A stretch of 64,000 nt of DNA from Mobula hypostoma (lineage: Eukaryota), in assembly GCF_963921235.1 (NCBI RefSeq), contig NC_086097.1:99388001-99452000 (forward strand). Reading direction: 5' to 3'. Of the stretch, positions 51,401-60,592 are shown one piece after another; within the stretch, counting starts at the first letter, position 1; the number at the start of each line of letters is the position of its first letter. A model generated the notes under the pieces. That model had not been told where the DNA came from. It saw nothing but the letters and a program-made list of their open reading frames with translations, and ran no database searches. Both the position numbers and the translations under genes were made by a program.

Positions 51401-54400
51401 CCTCTCGCTATAAATGCCAGCATACCGTTCGCCTTTTTCACCGCCTGCTGTACCTGCATGCCCACTTTCAATGACTGGTGTATAATGACACCCAGGTCTC
51501 GTTGCACCTCCCCTTTTCCTAATCGGCCACCATTCAGATAATAATCTGTTTTCCTATTTTTGCCACCAAAGTGGATAACTTCACATTTATCCACATTAAA
51601 TTGCATCTGCCATGAGTTTGCCCACTCACCCAACCTATCCAAGTCACCCTGCATCCTCTTAGCATCCTCCTCACTGCTAACACTGCCACCCAGCTTCGTG
51701 TCATCCGCAAACTTGGAGATGCTGCATTTAATTCCCTCATCCAAGTCATTAATATATATTGTAAACAACTGGGGTCCCAGCACTGAGCCTTGCGGTACCC
51801 CACTAGTCACCGCCTGCCATTCTGAAAAGGTCCCATTTATTCCCACTCTTTGCTTCCTGTCTGCTAACCAATTCTCCACCCACACCAATACCTTACCCCC
51901 AATACCGTGTGCTTTAAGTTTGCACACTAATCTCCTATGTGGGACCTTGTCAAAAGCCTTTTGAAAATCCAAATATGTAACAAATTCTACAGACTCATGA
52001 AGATTAGGTCAGAGGGAAGAGGTGGAATCGGATACGACAGCAAGTTGGAGAGACGTTTAGATAGGTCCATGAATATGCAGGGACGAAGGGATATGGATCA
52101 TGTGCAGGCAGACAAGTTCAGTTTAATTTGGCGCCATGCTTGATGCAGAATCTTAAGCTGAAGGGCTTGTTCCTGTGTTGTACAGTACTATGTTAGGAAG
52201 AAGACAAGAGGCTTGTTCTGAGAAACAGACCAGTTCTAAACAAAGGGCGTAATGAGCAGGGGAATTTGGAGCCAGTTTTCACCATTCTCTAATTGGAGAG
52301 ATTCAGTCTTCAAAATGAGCTAAAACGGGGTGAGGATGAGTGGTAAAGGTGGGTGGGCGGACGAGAGGGAGGGGAATAGTCAGGGTAGGCACAGCAAGGT
52401 AACAGGAGCTGTCAGAGGAGAGTGAGGAGGGGTGGGACAACAGGAAATAAGTAGGGAGGAGGAGGAGGGAGAACATGGACAGAGGAGGAGGGGTTGAAAG
52501 AGCAGGAAGGATCAGGAAAGGGAGAGGGTGTAAAGGCAAAATTAGCTTGAAAATCTGACTTAACTTTGGACCAGGGCACTGGGATTCTGAGTAGCAGGTG
52601 GAGGGAAAACAGACAGTTAAAATATTATTTTGCCTCACTGATTACCAGGAGTCCTTTCAGAGAGATGTGATACCATAAAATGAGATTAAAAATAACATAA
52701 TACCACCGTAAACTAAAGCAAAAAGAAATAGTAAATTAACTCATCAACTCAAAGAGGATAGACCCCAGTGCAGACAGATCACACCTTCACAGTTTACAGA
52801 ATCTAGAAGAGATGGCAGAAGAACTATTTCATCAATTTAGTGATGTTATTTAAAAACAGATGACATGCCAGGGAATGTTAGATGATACTGCAAATGTATC
52901 AGAATGAAGAGAGGAAGCCAGTGCAGGAAGCTTTAAAGCATCAGCTTTGATTTGGTGGTAAGAGAAACAATAACCACTTAAGGAGGAGAATAGAAAATAA
53001 ATCTGGAACCAAAAACATAATGGGTAGTCAGCACGAATTACAAAATGAAATCTTGCTTAAATGTAGCTCAACAAATGACTTGAAGTAATCTGGTGTAGTA
53101 GCATCTGCACTGGACGTCAAGGTGAGTGGTCCCCAGTTCAGATCTGGCCAGTTGCTTACATGCGTTCCATCCGCGCTGGGTGAAAATCAAGCTAGCAACT
53201 CAGTCTTGTAAAAAAACAGACAAAAATGCTAAGGAAGCGCCCAATGTACCACAAGATGCGGGAATGAAAAAATGAGGTAATGTGAAAGATGTAGTTTCTC
53301 CAGACACAATAGCTAAAGAATAACAGAGCATAGGGTCAGCAGTAAGGAACAGAAGGGGTCATCACCAGTAAGGCTGAAGACAGGAAGGTGAAAGTTGCAG
53401 TAAAGCATGGCTATTGAGTGGCAGAGTGTGGAGAATGGGTCTCCAGCAAAGATCAAGTCGGAGTCAGGTCTGCAGCTGTTCACGTGTGTTGAAGGCTTAA
53501 ATCTTGCAATTAAAAAAAGGGTTCAATTTACAAATTATTGGGAAAATGGGTGTTACTGAAGAGGACTACAGTACATTGATAAGCTTGCTGAATGAGCTCA
53601 GTATTAACAGGTAAATGTCAACATAAATCATGGAGTTACAGAGGCACAGATCACACATGCCCTTCAGCCCATTATGCCCTGCTGTCATTCAAGTATTCAT
53701 CCACACTCATCTTATTTATCACTGCCTTGGTCAGTAGCCTTCTATGCCCTGGTGACTCAAGTGTGCATGAGATACCGATGGGTGGTCAGAATGGTGCATC
53801 TAAAAGGCTTGGAGCAGCAAAATGATTGGACTGTAGAGAAGCAAATAAAAATAGTGAAACAAGTGACAAGGACATAAATATCAAATGTAATTCCAAAGTT
53901 TATTTCCAAAGGAATAAAGCTGAAAAGTGAAAGAAAAGTTGCAATGATCTTTGGATTGAACCTTGGAGAATGGCAGACTGCTCGGTCTCCATAACAATAG
54001 AAAGGAAGAGAGATGATAGGGGAGATGTGAAAATACATTTTCAAGACAGATCCAGAGATCTTTTTCAGGAAGGATTGTACAAGCTGGGTCAATATTTTTG
54101 GAAGAGAAAAGGCTTAGACATTACCAAAATAGAAGGTGAATAGAATTCTGATGGGTTTTTGCTGGAACACCTGAGGGGGAAGGGTGAGCAAACCTGTAAA
54201 CCATCCATGTAAACAAGTCATCAAGAAATCAAACAAGGACATCTTTATCCAGAGACTCGTTATTATGGATTGAGGAAGAAACAATAGGTGTTCTTAAGGA
54301 AGGGCTCCACAGGCAATTGAGGAAGAAAAAATTAGAAGACAATACAAATAAGATTAGAAAAGACAGGAGGTGCTTGTTCCATTACATATTCTATTTTGTA

Positions 54401-57400
54401 TAATTCGATACATATTTGTAATTCTATTCGACACTATTTGAACTCCTCAATTAGATTGCAGCACATAACTCACTCCTTCGTAATTGTTATTCCATAGAAA
54501 AGCTATTCAGATTCCCTGATTAGATTCCAATACGAAGTCAATCCTAGTTATCTGTTCTGTCATCCATAAATACCACAGTTTCTTTGATTAGATTCCATCT
54601 CAGACACAGGTATCTAATACACAAACTATCCAAACCTCCCAATTTAAATTGTGGGATGAGTGGCAATTATTACTTGGATTGCCGAGACAATTCAAATAGA
54701 TTTCACTCTCTAATTCCCCCTTGAGAGACGGGCTCCTTCTGCCTCGCTGTGCTGTGCTGTGTTGCTGCCGATGTTTCTGTGTCACAGAAATTTCTATTCA
54801 CACCTACAACCAGGTATGAAACCACACCATTTAGCATGGAACTTTTGAAAAGATACTCCACAAAATCCACGGCGAATTTCATGAGCAGATCCAGAGCTTT
54901 GGTCTCCGTGAAAGATGAGACTATGTGGGATAGATTTCTTTCTGTAAATAAAGAAGCCAACGTTAGTAAGAACACTACTATAGTTTTACTGGGATAAGGG
55001 GATATTCTGCATTATGGATGACTCTATCAACAGATCACCCTGAAGCTTTCTGACATTCGGGCATTCTGGTGTCCATCTCTGATGCGAGAGAAGAGCTCGA
55101 GCCTGTGCATACATTCTACATAACAGAGCAGAAAATCACAGCATCAGTGTGGATCACGAGATGCACATCAAACAAAATGGAATAACACAGTAATAGTAGG
55201 TTCTACTGCGGCTCAATGTCATGTTACCAACAGGATGCTGACCTGAAATGGGAAATATGTCATCAGCAATATTACAAGCAGCCAGTGACTGTCACTGTGA
55301 AACATTATAGGGAGCTGGTGACTGTCACTGTGAAATATTACAGGGAGCCGGTGACTGTCACTGTGAAATATTACAGGGAACTGGTGACTGTCACTGTGAA
55401 ATATTACAGGGAGCCGGTGACTGTCACTGTGAAATATTACAGGCAGCCAGTGACTGTCACTGTGAAATATTACAGGGAGCCGGTGACTGTCACTGTGAAA
55501 TATTACAGGGAGCCGGTGACTGTCACTGTGAAATATTACAGGCAGCCAGTGACTGTCACTGTGAAATATTACAGGGAGCCGGTGACTGTCACTGTGAAAT
55601 ATTACAGGCAGCCAGTGACTGTCACTGTGAAATATCACAGGGAGCCGGTGACTGTCACTGTGAAATATCACAGGGAGCCGGTGACTGTCACTGTGAAATA
55701 TTACAGGCAGCCTGTGGCTGTCACTGTGAAACATTATAGGGAGCTGGTAACTGTCACTGTGAAATATTACAAGGAGCCAGTGACGGTCACTGTGAAATAT
55801 CACAGGCAGCCGGTGACTGTCACTGTGAAATATTACAGGGAGCCGGTGACTGTCACTGTGAAATATTACAGGCAGCCTGTGGCTGTCACTGTGAAACATT
55901 ATAGGGAGCTGGTGACTGTCACTGTGAAATATTACAGGGAGCCGGTGACTGTCACTGTGAAATATTACAGGTAGCCAGTGACGGTCACTGTGAAATATCA
56001 CAGGCAGCCGGTGACTGTCACTGTGAAATATTACAGGGAGCCGGCGAATGTCACTGTGAAGTATTACAGAGAGCCGGTGACTGTCACTGTGAAATATTAC
56101 AGGGAACCGGTGACTGTCACTGTGAAATATTACAGGCAGCCAGTGACTGTCACTGCTGAAATATTACAGGCAGTCAGTGACTGTCACTGTGAAATATCAC
56201 AGGGAGCCGGTGACTGTCACTGTGAAATATTACAGGGAGCCGGTGACTGTCAATGCTGAAATATTACAGGCAACCAGTGACTCGCACTGTGAAATATCAC
56301 AGGCAGCCGGTGACTGTCACTGTGAAACATTATAGGGAGCTGGTGACTGTCACTGTGAAATATTACAGGGAGCCGGTGAATGTCACTGTGAAGTATTACA
56401 GAGAGCCGGTGACTGTCACTGTGAAATATTACAGGGAACCGGTGACTGTCACTGTGAAATATTACAGGCAGCCAGTGACTGTCACTGCTGAAATATTACA
56501 GGGAGCCGGTGACTGTCACTGTGAAATATTACAGGCAGCCAGTGACTGTCACTGCTGAAATATTACAGGGAGCCGGTGACTGTCACTGTGAAATATTACA
56601 GGCAGCCAGTGACTGTCACTGCTGAAATATTACAGGCAACCAGTGACTGTCACTGTGAAATATCACAGGGAGCCGGTGACTGTCACTGTGAAATATCACA
56701 GGGAGCCGGTGACTGTCACTGTGAAATATTACAGGCAGCCGGTGACTGTCGCTGCTGAAGTACTGCATAGCTTTGGTCTCCGTGTCAGAGAAAACAGGAC
56801 TTTGCTTTGAACCCAGCACAATGGAAGTTCACTGGGTTGCTTCATTGACTACTGTTTGGGTCTAAAGGCATTGGAGTTTAGTGTTAGTGAAACCCAAGAC
56901 TCTGAGGGGAATGACAGAGTGTTGCTGAGAGGATGTTCCTATTGGTGTATGTGTTAAAACCAGGGGCTCTGGTTTCTGACAGAGATGAGAATGAATTTCT
57001 TCTCTTGGAGGATGATGAATCTGTGTATCCCTCTGCCTCTGCTGGAGTCATTGAATATATTCACGGAGGAGAACGACCAACAGTGAAATTACAATGGGAT
57101 CAGGAGCACTGGGAGGAGAATGGAAAAGATGAATTCAGATTGCATCACCCAGGATCTTATTAAATGGTGGAGGAGGCTCCTGCATTCTAATTCCACTATG
57201 ATTTGATTACTAGTCTGAAACTTGAAGAAAAATCAAAACCTACCGATAGCTTCCCTTGGGTTCGAGAATGACTTGCATCCATTCTGGTTTCTGAGGTGAC
57301 AGATGAAAACAATGAAAGAACTACATGCTCTCCCATACGCAGAACGCGAGCTACCTAATGTAGTGGGCAGATAGGATATTTTGTGAGGTGGTATGCTCCT

Positions 57401-59084
57401 TCCGTAATTCAGGCAAATCTTCCATACGTTCCTGATGCTTGGACTTAATAAAGTGCTCTTTCCACACTTGGTCAGGTCATGGGCCAATGATTTCCAAGCA
57501 TCATTAGGTACTGTATATTGCATTTCTTCTCAGAGCTTCGGGTACACCTTTCAATCTTTGAGTTCTTCAAACCAATGAGCGAGCATGAAATACTGTCGCA
57601 GTTTGATGTGAGACTGACAGACAACATGGCCTGCCCAAGGCAAGCAGCTGAGTGTAACAAGCACCTCCGTGTGAGGTGTGGTCCTGGGAGAAGATGCTGA
57701 TGTTGGTGTGATGGTGCCATGGTAGCACGATCACTTTCCAGTGCCAGTGATCCGGGATCAATCCCACCGCTGTCCATAAGGAGTTTGTACATTCTGCCCA
57801 TGTCAGAGGGTGCTCTGGTTTCCTTCCACCTTCCAAAGACATACAGTCTGTTTAGGGTCAGCAAGTTGTGGGCACGCTATGTTGGCACTGGAAGCATGGC
57901 ACTGGAAATACTTGTGGGCTGCCCCCCAGCACGATCCTCGGAACGTATCGTGGTCGTTGACACAAAATGGCTTATTTCACTGTATGTTTCAATGTTTTGA
58001 TGTCCACGTGGCAAATAAAATGAATCTTAATCTTATCTTACTCTTTTGCTTTCAGTGAATCTGGAAGATTTTGCAGGGACAACAGTGATAAATTCTTTTC
58101 TCGGCCTCAAGTTACCTGCATCAGACTCCAAGATTGTAAAAAACCATCTCATCCACGGAGAATCTCCCCTCGATACTCTGACCCAGACATTCCTGGAGTC
58201 AGAGAATCTCCCTTCGATACTCTGACCCAGACATCCCTCCAGACAGGGAATGTACCCTCGTTACTCTGACCCAGACATTCCTCCAGACAAGGAATCTTCC
58301 CTCGTTACTCTGACCCAGACATACCTCGAGTCAGAGAATCTTCCCTCGTTACTCTAACCCAGACATTCCTCCAGACAGGGAATCTGCCCTCTTTTCTCAT
58401 ACTCATCAACACATCCTCCTTGCTATGTTTATCCTCCCTTGAAACCAGGGGTTCCCACCCCGTGGCCCACGGACCCCTTGCTTAATGATATTGGACTGTG
58501 GCATACAGATGGCTGTGAACGCCTGCTCTAACTGTATCTGTCTGAGTTCCACATGTTAGTGGTATTGGACTGTGGCATAAAGTTGGTTGTGAACCTCTGT
58601 TCTAACTATATTGGTTTGAGTTCCATATGTTAATCATTGGTTAAAGAAGTTACTCTGAAATTTATTATTGGATGTATTCATTATCCAGCCATATCCTCTC
58701 ATTGTAGTCTCCTCCATAAATGGGATCACTTCCTCTCTATTTACTTCATCTAACATTTCTATAGTTTTAAGGACTGATGTTAAGATGCTCCTCACTCTTC
58801 CCTGCCTCAGGGAAAAGAGCCCTAACTAATTCATTCTTTTCTGATGGACAAAATCTCTCAGTTCTGTCATTACAATAATTTGCACTTCAAAAGAATTTGT
58901 GTTGTTCTGTTTTCTTGTTGTACAGCCATAGTGTGGTGGGAAGCAGTAAACGGAATTGACCACTGCCAGAAACATAGGACATCTTACCCTTGGAGAAATC
59001 GAAGGAGACAAACTTCACGGGCTGAATGTAGTTGACGAGACTGGACATCTCCTCATATGCTCTCACTTCCTGGCCAGCAGTCCC
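6368..59084 (-). CDS. PLCB2: Phospholipase C beta (PLCB2 or PLCB2-like), partial spliced CDS of 16 exons: Y-box, C2 and C-terminal domain. 5' exons and last exon are outside the window.
   Basis: Exons assembled by hand with AG/GT boundaries and matching phases, 1725 nt, open frame. Motifs [63 protein letters not shown] and [20 protein letters not shown] resemble human PLCB2 as recalled more than PLCB1/3/4. Confidence 0.9.
6640..7468 (+). mobile_element. Solo LTR, 829 bp
   Basis: TGTTG...CAACA inverted termini; 4-bp TSD CTAT (6636-6639 and 7469-7472); TATAAAA at 7138-7144; AATAAA at 7392-7397; interrupts otherwise continuous G/T-rich intron sequence. Confidence 0.8.
7861..8910 (+). mobile_element. 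Penelope-like element 3' remnant (decayed endonuclease C-terminus plus terminal repeat), interrupted by a CR1 3' end at about 8270-8700
   Basis: About 7945-8090 resembles the KLEEQHLIFRLGTLQP-type end of Penelope GIY-YIG ORFs (tgtaaacctgaggaacaatagatcatcttccatctggacacgttgtagc); terminal-repeat motif at 7861-7905 (inverted) and 8820-8890. Confidence 0.55.
8935..8992 (-). CDS. PLCB2: PLCB2 exon (58 nt), distal CTD
   Basis: ttcacag|G CGC...CAG|gtgtgt; [19 protein letters not shown] (cf. PLCB2 LKREINNSHIQEVVQVIKQ); phase 2 to 0. Confidence 0.9.
9208..9694. repeat. Minisatellite, 81-bp unit x6
   Basis: Unit CATAAACCCAAGGTGTGAAC(A/G)TTGTATCTGGGTGATTATAGCAGGGGCTTGGTTGGGGGTGGGAGAACAGTGCCCCATAGT; starts at 9208, 9289, 9370, 9452, 9533, 9614. 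Confidence 0.98.
10532..13994 (-). mobile_element. Rex1/Babar-type LINE, near full length, frameshifted
   Basis: APE domain (LLANVQ, FTETWL, GGGVC, GDFN, LDHCY, SDH) in 12322-13866. RT ([28 protein letters not shown]) and C-terminus ([19 protein letters not shown]). 3' AATAAA plus short tandem tail at 10532-10553. Confidence 0.9.
12322..13866 (-). pseudogene. Rex1/Babar endonuclease-containing ORF fragment (514 aa)
   Basis: APE endonuclease motifs; RT continues in broken frames 10783-12046. Confidence 0.85.
14053..14528 (-). mobile_element. 5'-truncated L1-clade LINE (ORF2 C-terminus, 3'UTR, A-rich tail)
   Basis: Minus translation [21 protein letters not shown]...[18 protein letters not shown] then A-rich tail; TSD ctgaatgttttt (14041-14052) and ctgaaagttttt (14529-14540). 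Confidence 0.75.
14782..14877 (-). CDS. PLCB2: PLCB2 exon (96 nt), distal CTD
   Basis: ttggtag|T GAA ATG...GAG AG|gtcggt; (S)[31 protein letters not shown](R); phase 2 to 2. Confidence 0.92.
15690..16312 (+). mobile_element. Rex1-like LINE 3' fragment
   Basis: Decayed ESILTG..WYGN / [16 protein letters not shown]-terminus; AATAAA and (tttgaac) tail; same family as 34955-35500. Confidence 0.7.
16633..16709 (-). CDS. PLCB2: PLCB2 exon (77 nt), distal CTD
   Basis: cttacag|CAA ATG...GAG AG|gtgagg; [25 protein letters not shown]; phase 0 to 2. Confidence 0.93.
18425..19086 (+). mobile_element. Non-autonomous, non-coding retroposon (~660 bp) with LINE-type 3' end
   Basis: Interrupts the CR1 RT. 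GC/CpG-rich 5' part begins AAGATGGCGG (18433-18442). 3' end AAATGACAATAAA, hairpin GAGGAC-TGAGT-GTCCTC (19061-19077), short TAATC tail. The 3' end resembles the tail at about 46300-46549. Confidence 0.7.
19098..19318 (-). repeat. 3' LTR of Gypsy element 1 (221 bp)
   Basis: Direct repeat of 23133-23351; adjacent PPT GGGGGGAGG at about 19322-19330 (minus). Confidence 0.95.
19247..22415 (-). pseudogene. Gypsy pol (PR-RT-RH-IN), disrupted
   Basis: ORF pieces 22104-22481, 21381-22082, 20165-21409, 19247-20143; two TGA stops and one 10-bp duplication. Confidence 0.92.
22388..23092 (-). pseudogene. Gypsy gag with one premature stop
   Basis: ATG at 23092: [32 protein letters not shown]...; ends [12 protein letters not shown]. 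Confidence 0.88.
23117..23130 (-). promoter_or_regulatory. Primer-binding site for tRNA-Trp
   Basis: TGGTGACCCCGACG 2 nt inside the 5' LTR, complementary to the vertebrate tRNA-Trp 3' end ...CGTCGGGGTCACCA. Confidence 0.9.
23133..23351 (-). repeat. 5' LTR of Gypsy element 1 (219 bp)
   Basis: 8 substitutions and one 2-bp indel versus the 3' LTR. Confidence 0.95.
27558..27723 (-). CDS. PLCB2: PLCB2 exon (166 nt), distal CTD
   Basis: ttgtag|G AGC...GAG|gtaatg; ...[32 protein letters not shown]; phase 2 to 0; not in ORF track. Confidence 0.92.
28499..28691 (-). CDS. PLCB2: PLCB2 exon (193 nt), distal CTD coiled coil
   Basis: caatag|AG CTA...AAA TG|gtaaat; (E)[42 protein letters not shown]...; phase 1 to 2. 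Confidence 0.9.
28771..30140 (-). mobile_element. 5'-truncated CR1 LINE
   Basis: RT fragments ([43 protein letters not shown]); AACATAG tail repeats at 28771; 3' end very similar to 438-4470. Confidence 0.92.
30330..31998 (+). mobile_element. Degraded Rex1-like LINE 3' portion containing an internal minisatellite
   Basis: [29 protein letters not shown] motifs; AATAAA near 31991. Confidence 0.8.
31133..31568. repeat. Minisatellite, 55-bp unit x~8
   Basis: Unit ACCACAGAAAGGTTCCTATATG(G/A)ATA(C/T)CTCACGGCTTGG(C/T)ATTCTGACAATAAGA with period 55. Confidence 0.97.
32979..33032 (-). CDS. PLCB2: Probable PLCB2 exon (54 nt), CTD linker
   Basis: tttcttccag|GT CCT...CTG G|gtaagt; (S)[17 protein letters not shown]; phase 1 to 1; strong splice sites. 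Confidence 0.75.
33690..34730 (+). mobile_element. 5'-truncated CR1 LINE, degraded
   Basis: [22 protein letters not shown] motif; CR1 3' end ...ttctgtgccgtaactttctatgact. Confidence 0.85.
34816..34885 (-). CDS. PLCB2: Probable PLCB2 exon (70 nt), acidic CTD linker
   Basis: gcttgcag|GAT GTC...TGC A|gtaaat; [23 protein letters not shown]; supplies the phase 0 to 1 step needed between its neighbours; poorly conserved, weak donor. Confidence 0.65.
34955..35502 (+). mobile_element. Rex1-like LINE 3' fragment
   Basis: [43 protein letters not shown]; (tttgaac) tail. Confidence 0.85.
35717..35805 (-). CDS. PLCB2: PLCB2 exon (89 nt), proximal CTD with Galphaq-binding ALxxPI helix-turn-helix
   Basis: ttggcag|AT TTA...AAG|gtaatt; (D)[29 protein letters not shown]; phase 1 to 0; donor less certain than acceptor. 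Confidence 0.85.
36422..36968 (+). mobile_element. Rex1-like LINE 3' fragment
   Basis: [26 protein letters not shown] tail repeats at 36956-36967. Confidence 0.8.
37255..37484 (-). mobile_element. tRNA-derived SINE with CORE-like central domain
   Basis: A box TGGCCAAGTGG (37462-37472) and B box GTTCGAGCC (37419-37427), then GTGCCCTTGAGCAAGGCACTTAATC; flanking repeat CTTTCCTTAATAA at 37242-37254 and 37504-37516. Confidence 0.8.
38225..38600. repeat. Highly degenerate ~60-70-bp tandem repeat
   Basis: Recurrent ccc(c)atcaa(a)cactcc motif near 38255, 38325, 38385 and 38445. Confidence 0.45.
38863..38898 (-). ncRNA. Minimal type I hammerhead ribozyme motif (G12 to A mutant)
   Basis: AGTC-CTGACGA-A-GGG-TCTCGG-CCC-AAAAC-ATC-GACT on the minus strand. 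Confidence 0.6.
39173..39208 (+). ncRNA. Minimal type I hammerhead ribozyme motif (G8 to A mutant)
   Basis: AGTC-CTGACAA-A-GGG-TCTCGG-CCC-GAAAC-GTC-GACT: helix I AGTC/GACT, helix II GGG/CCC, palindromic ACGT helix III. Confidence 0.65.
39862..39966 (-). CDS. PLCB2: PLCB2 exon (105 nt), end of C2
   Basis: ccacag|GA TAT...GCA G|gtgagg; (G)[34 protein letters not shown]; phase 1 to 1. Confidence 0.95.
40871..40970 (-). CDS. PLCB2: PLCB2 exon (100 nt), C2 domain
   Basis: ttgcag|ATC CTT...ACA G|gtactt; [33 protein letters not shown]; phase 0 to 1; not in ORF track. Confidence 0.95.
42500..43128 (+). mobile_element. Rex1-like LINE RT/3' fragment
   Basis: [18 protein letters not shown]...[12 protein letters not shown]...[19 protein letters not shown]. 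Confidence 0.88.
43330..44300 (+). mobile_element. Old degraded CR1 RT fragment
   Basis: Decayed [11 protein letters not shown] (ggattcccagaagccattccacaaggtgccaca) and GVPQG (ggtgccacaggga) motifs. Confidence 0.65.
44918..45085 (-). CDS. PLCB2: PLCB2 exon (168 nt), C2 domain
   Basis: ttgcag|ATT ATA TCT...AAG|gtacag; [56 protein letters not shown]; phase 0 to 0. Confidence 0.95.
45348..45965 (-). mobile_element. CR1 3' fragment
   Basis: CR1 3' tail (gaccacaagacc..gaacagaattaggc) and similarity to 17300-17940. Confidence 0.7.
47698..47852 (-). CDS. PLCB2: PLCB2 exon (155 nt), end of Y-box and start of C2
   Basis: cttttag|AT ATC...TTG|gtaaag; (D)[51 protein letters not shown]; phase 1 to 0. 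Confidence 0.95.
48520..49578 (+). mobile_element. 5'-truncated CR1 LINE
   Basis: [39 protein letters not shown]1 3' end. Confidence 0.88.
50568..50692 (-). CDS. PLCB2: PLCB2 exon (125 nt), catalytic Y-box
   Basis: cacacag|A TAC...GCA G|gtgagt; [41 protein letters not shown]; phase 2 to 1. Confidence 0.97.
50771..51975 (-). mobile_element. Young 5'-truncated CR1 LINE with an uninterrupted 364-aa ORF2 C-terminus
   Basis: [25 protein letters not shown]; (CATAGAAA)x4 tail at 50771-50802. Confidence 0.95.
53088..53272 (+). mobile_element. Probable tRNA-derived SINE, decayed
   Basis: A-box-like TGGTGTAGTAG, B-box-like AGTTCAGATC, A-rich end. Confidence 0.5.
54857..54941 (-). CDS. PLCB2: PLCB2 exon (85 nt), Y-box
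   Basis: tttacag|AA AGA...GTG GA|gtatct; (E)[27 protein letters not shown](E); phase 1 to 2. Confidence 0.95.
55268..56760. repeat. Minisatellite, 33-bp unit x~45
   Basis: Unit GTGACTGTCACTGTGAAATATTACAGG(G/C)AGCC(G/A); the 11-codon period explains the ORFs on both strands. Confidence 0.98.
57712..58040 (+). mobile_element. V-SINE (HE1-like) copy
   Basis: tRNA-like head (GGGATCAATCCC), V-domain GGAGTTTGTACATTCTGCCCATG...GGGTGCTCTGGTTTCCTTCCACCTTCCAAAGAC, AATAAA plus AATCTT tail. Confidence 0.75.
58160..58391. repeat. Minisatellite, 44-bp unit x~5.3
   Basis: GAATCTCCCCTCGATACTCTGACCCAGACATTCCT(GGAGT/CCAGA)CAG. starting at 58160, 58204, 58248, 58292, 58336, 58380. Confidence 0.92.
58446..58633. 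repeat. Small hAT-like MITE remnant (~58446-58525) overlapped by a ~74-bp tandem duplication
   Basis: CAGGGGTTCCCA...TGTGAACGCCTG imperfect TIRs; 58489-58559 repeated at 58563-58633. Confidence 0.5.
58988..59084 (-). CDS. PLCB2: PLCB2 exon (97 nt), end of X-Y linker and start of Y-box
   Basis: tttctgatag|GGG...AAG G|gtaaga; [32 protein letters not shown]; phase 0 to 1; not in ORF track. Confidence 0.95.
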
Positions 59085-60592
59085 CTATCAGAAATGGATA
59101 CAGCAACAAGCACACAATTTATCTCAGCTAAGAACAGTACCAGTCAAAACCGGACCCATTCAGTCCAGCTTCTGAATCAGTACCAGTTTTATTATCACTG
59201 ATATATATCATGAAATGTATTGTTTTCTGGCACTGTAGAAGAAATACTGTAAGTCACAATAAAATAAATAAATAAACTGTGCTGAGGGGTCAATCACTGT
59301 AAACTATGGGCATGTCCCAGTTTTGTCCCTGGGTAGAAGGCAGGTGAAAAGGCCGGATTGTACAGGACAGTGCTAGCTTATCTAGACATGAGCAGGAAGG
59401 CTATCACTATCTTCCTCCCCTTGAGAATGCGGTGGGGAATCACTTCCTCAAACTCCTATAATCCCGGTGGTGGTGCTTAGTGCTGGGCACACCTCATTAC
59501 TTTGGGTCTAAGTCCTGCATATATAAGTAATTTCCAAATACCTAGCAACAGGAAGGGCATGGACCAGGAATATATATATATAATGCAAAAAGAGAGTTAA
59601 AAGAGTGAGGCAGTGTTCATGGACTCAGTGCCCTTTCAGAAATCTGACGGCAGAGAGACAGAAGCTGTACATAAAACATGGAGTGTATGTCTTTGGCTCC
59701 CGTACCTCCTCTCTGATGGTGGCAATGAGAAGACGGCATGCCCTGAATGGCAGGGGTCCTTAATGATCGATGCCACTTTCTGGGATTAAAGAGCTCCAAA
59801 GGTTAACAATTCTGTGAAAGGTGTTTTTTCTCCTCATCTCCCCCTCAGCTTCTAGATTGCCCCTTAAGAGGAAGCACTCTCTTTGCATCTCCCGTCAGAA
59901 TATTTTTGTTTCAACAAGACCATCCCTCATTCATGTCACAAGACTGTACAACCTTCCCTAATAATCTATTCTCTTTTTATCTTCTCTCAACTGCTTCCAA
60001 GGCAAGGATGTCTTTACTTAAATAGAGAGATAAAACTCTGCCTTTCTCTTCTTACAAGTCAAGTTTAATTATTATTCACTGTACATGAATATAGTCAAAC
60101 AAAACAGCATTTCTCCTGGGCCGAGGTGCAAAACACATCGCCGACAGCACACTGCACTTTCCCCAAATGTTGCCATGGTTTGTCCACTCACTAAATCTGA
60201 TTGCAAATCCCTGTATCTGATTTTAGATACAAACAATACACACGGTCTCTTTGTGAAAATAAGGGATATGCTGGTATTGGCCTCTGCAGTACTAGTTACT
60301 GTTCGCCAATCCGAAAATGGTCCATCCATCCTGATGCTCCATGATTGGTTAGTTGGCCATGCTAATCTATCACCCTCAACATCACAAGCTCTTATATCTT
60401 GCACTGTCCATCACTGCATCATTTCAACCAGTCATACCAAACACGATGCAAGGAATGAGGGCTAAACTTCCAATGGTGAACCAGAGCCATTGACAGAAAA
60501 TGAACTCCCATGGGGACAGGATCCTCCACAGTGAGCCTGGTGCTTCCCATATGGCGTACGGTAGAAGAATCTCTTAATGGGAGTGCTTGACC

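Noticed and set aside
55268..56760. CRISPR-like array of palindromic repeats
   Set aside because: Units are directly adjacent with no unique spacers, there are no cas genes, and the context is a eukaryotic intron. The same applies to the 81-, 55- and 44-bp arrays.
54895..56784. 16-bp match AGCTTTGGTCTCCGTG between the 85-nt exon (54895-54910) and 56769-56784
   Set aside because: Similarity does not extend; a match this long is plausible by chance in 64 kb; no evidence of exon duplication
55216..56819. 252-aa and 260-aa repetitive ORFs ([11 protein letters not shown] / [11 protein letters not shown]) as a novel repeat protein
   Set aside because: Artefact of a 33-bp period open on both strands; interrupted by a stop and +1 indels; intronic
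57241..57295. Possible extra exon between the 97-nt and 85-nt exons
   Set aside because: No PLC similarity in any frame; the flanking exons join without a gap
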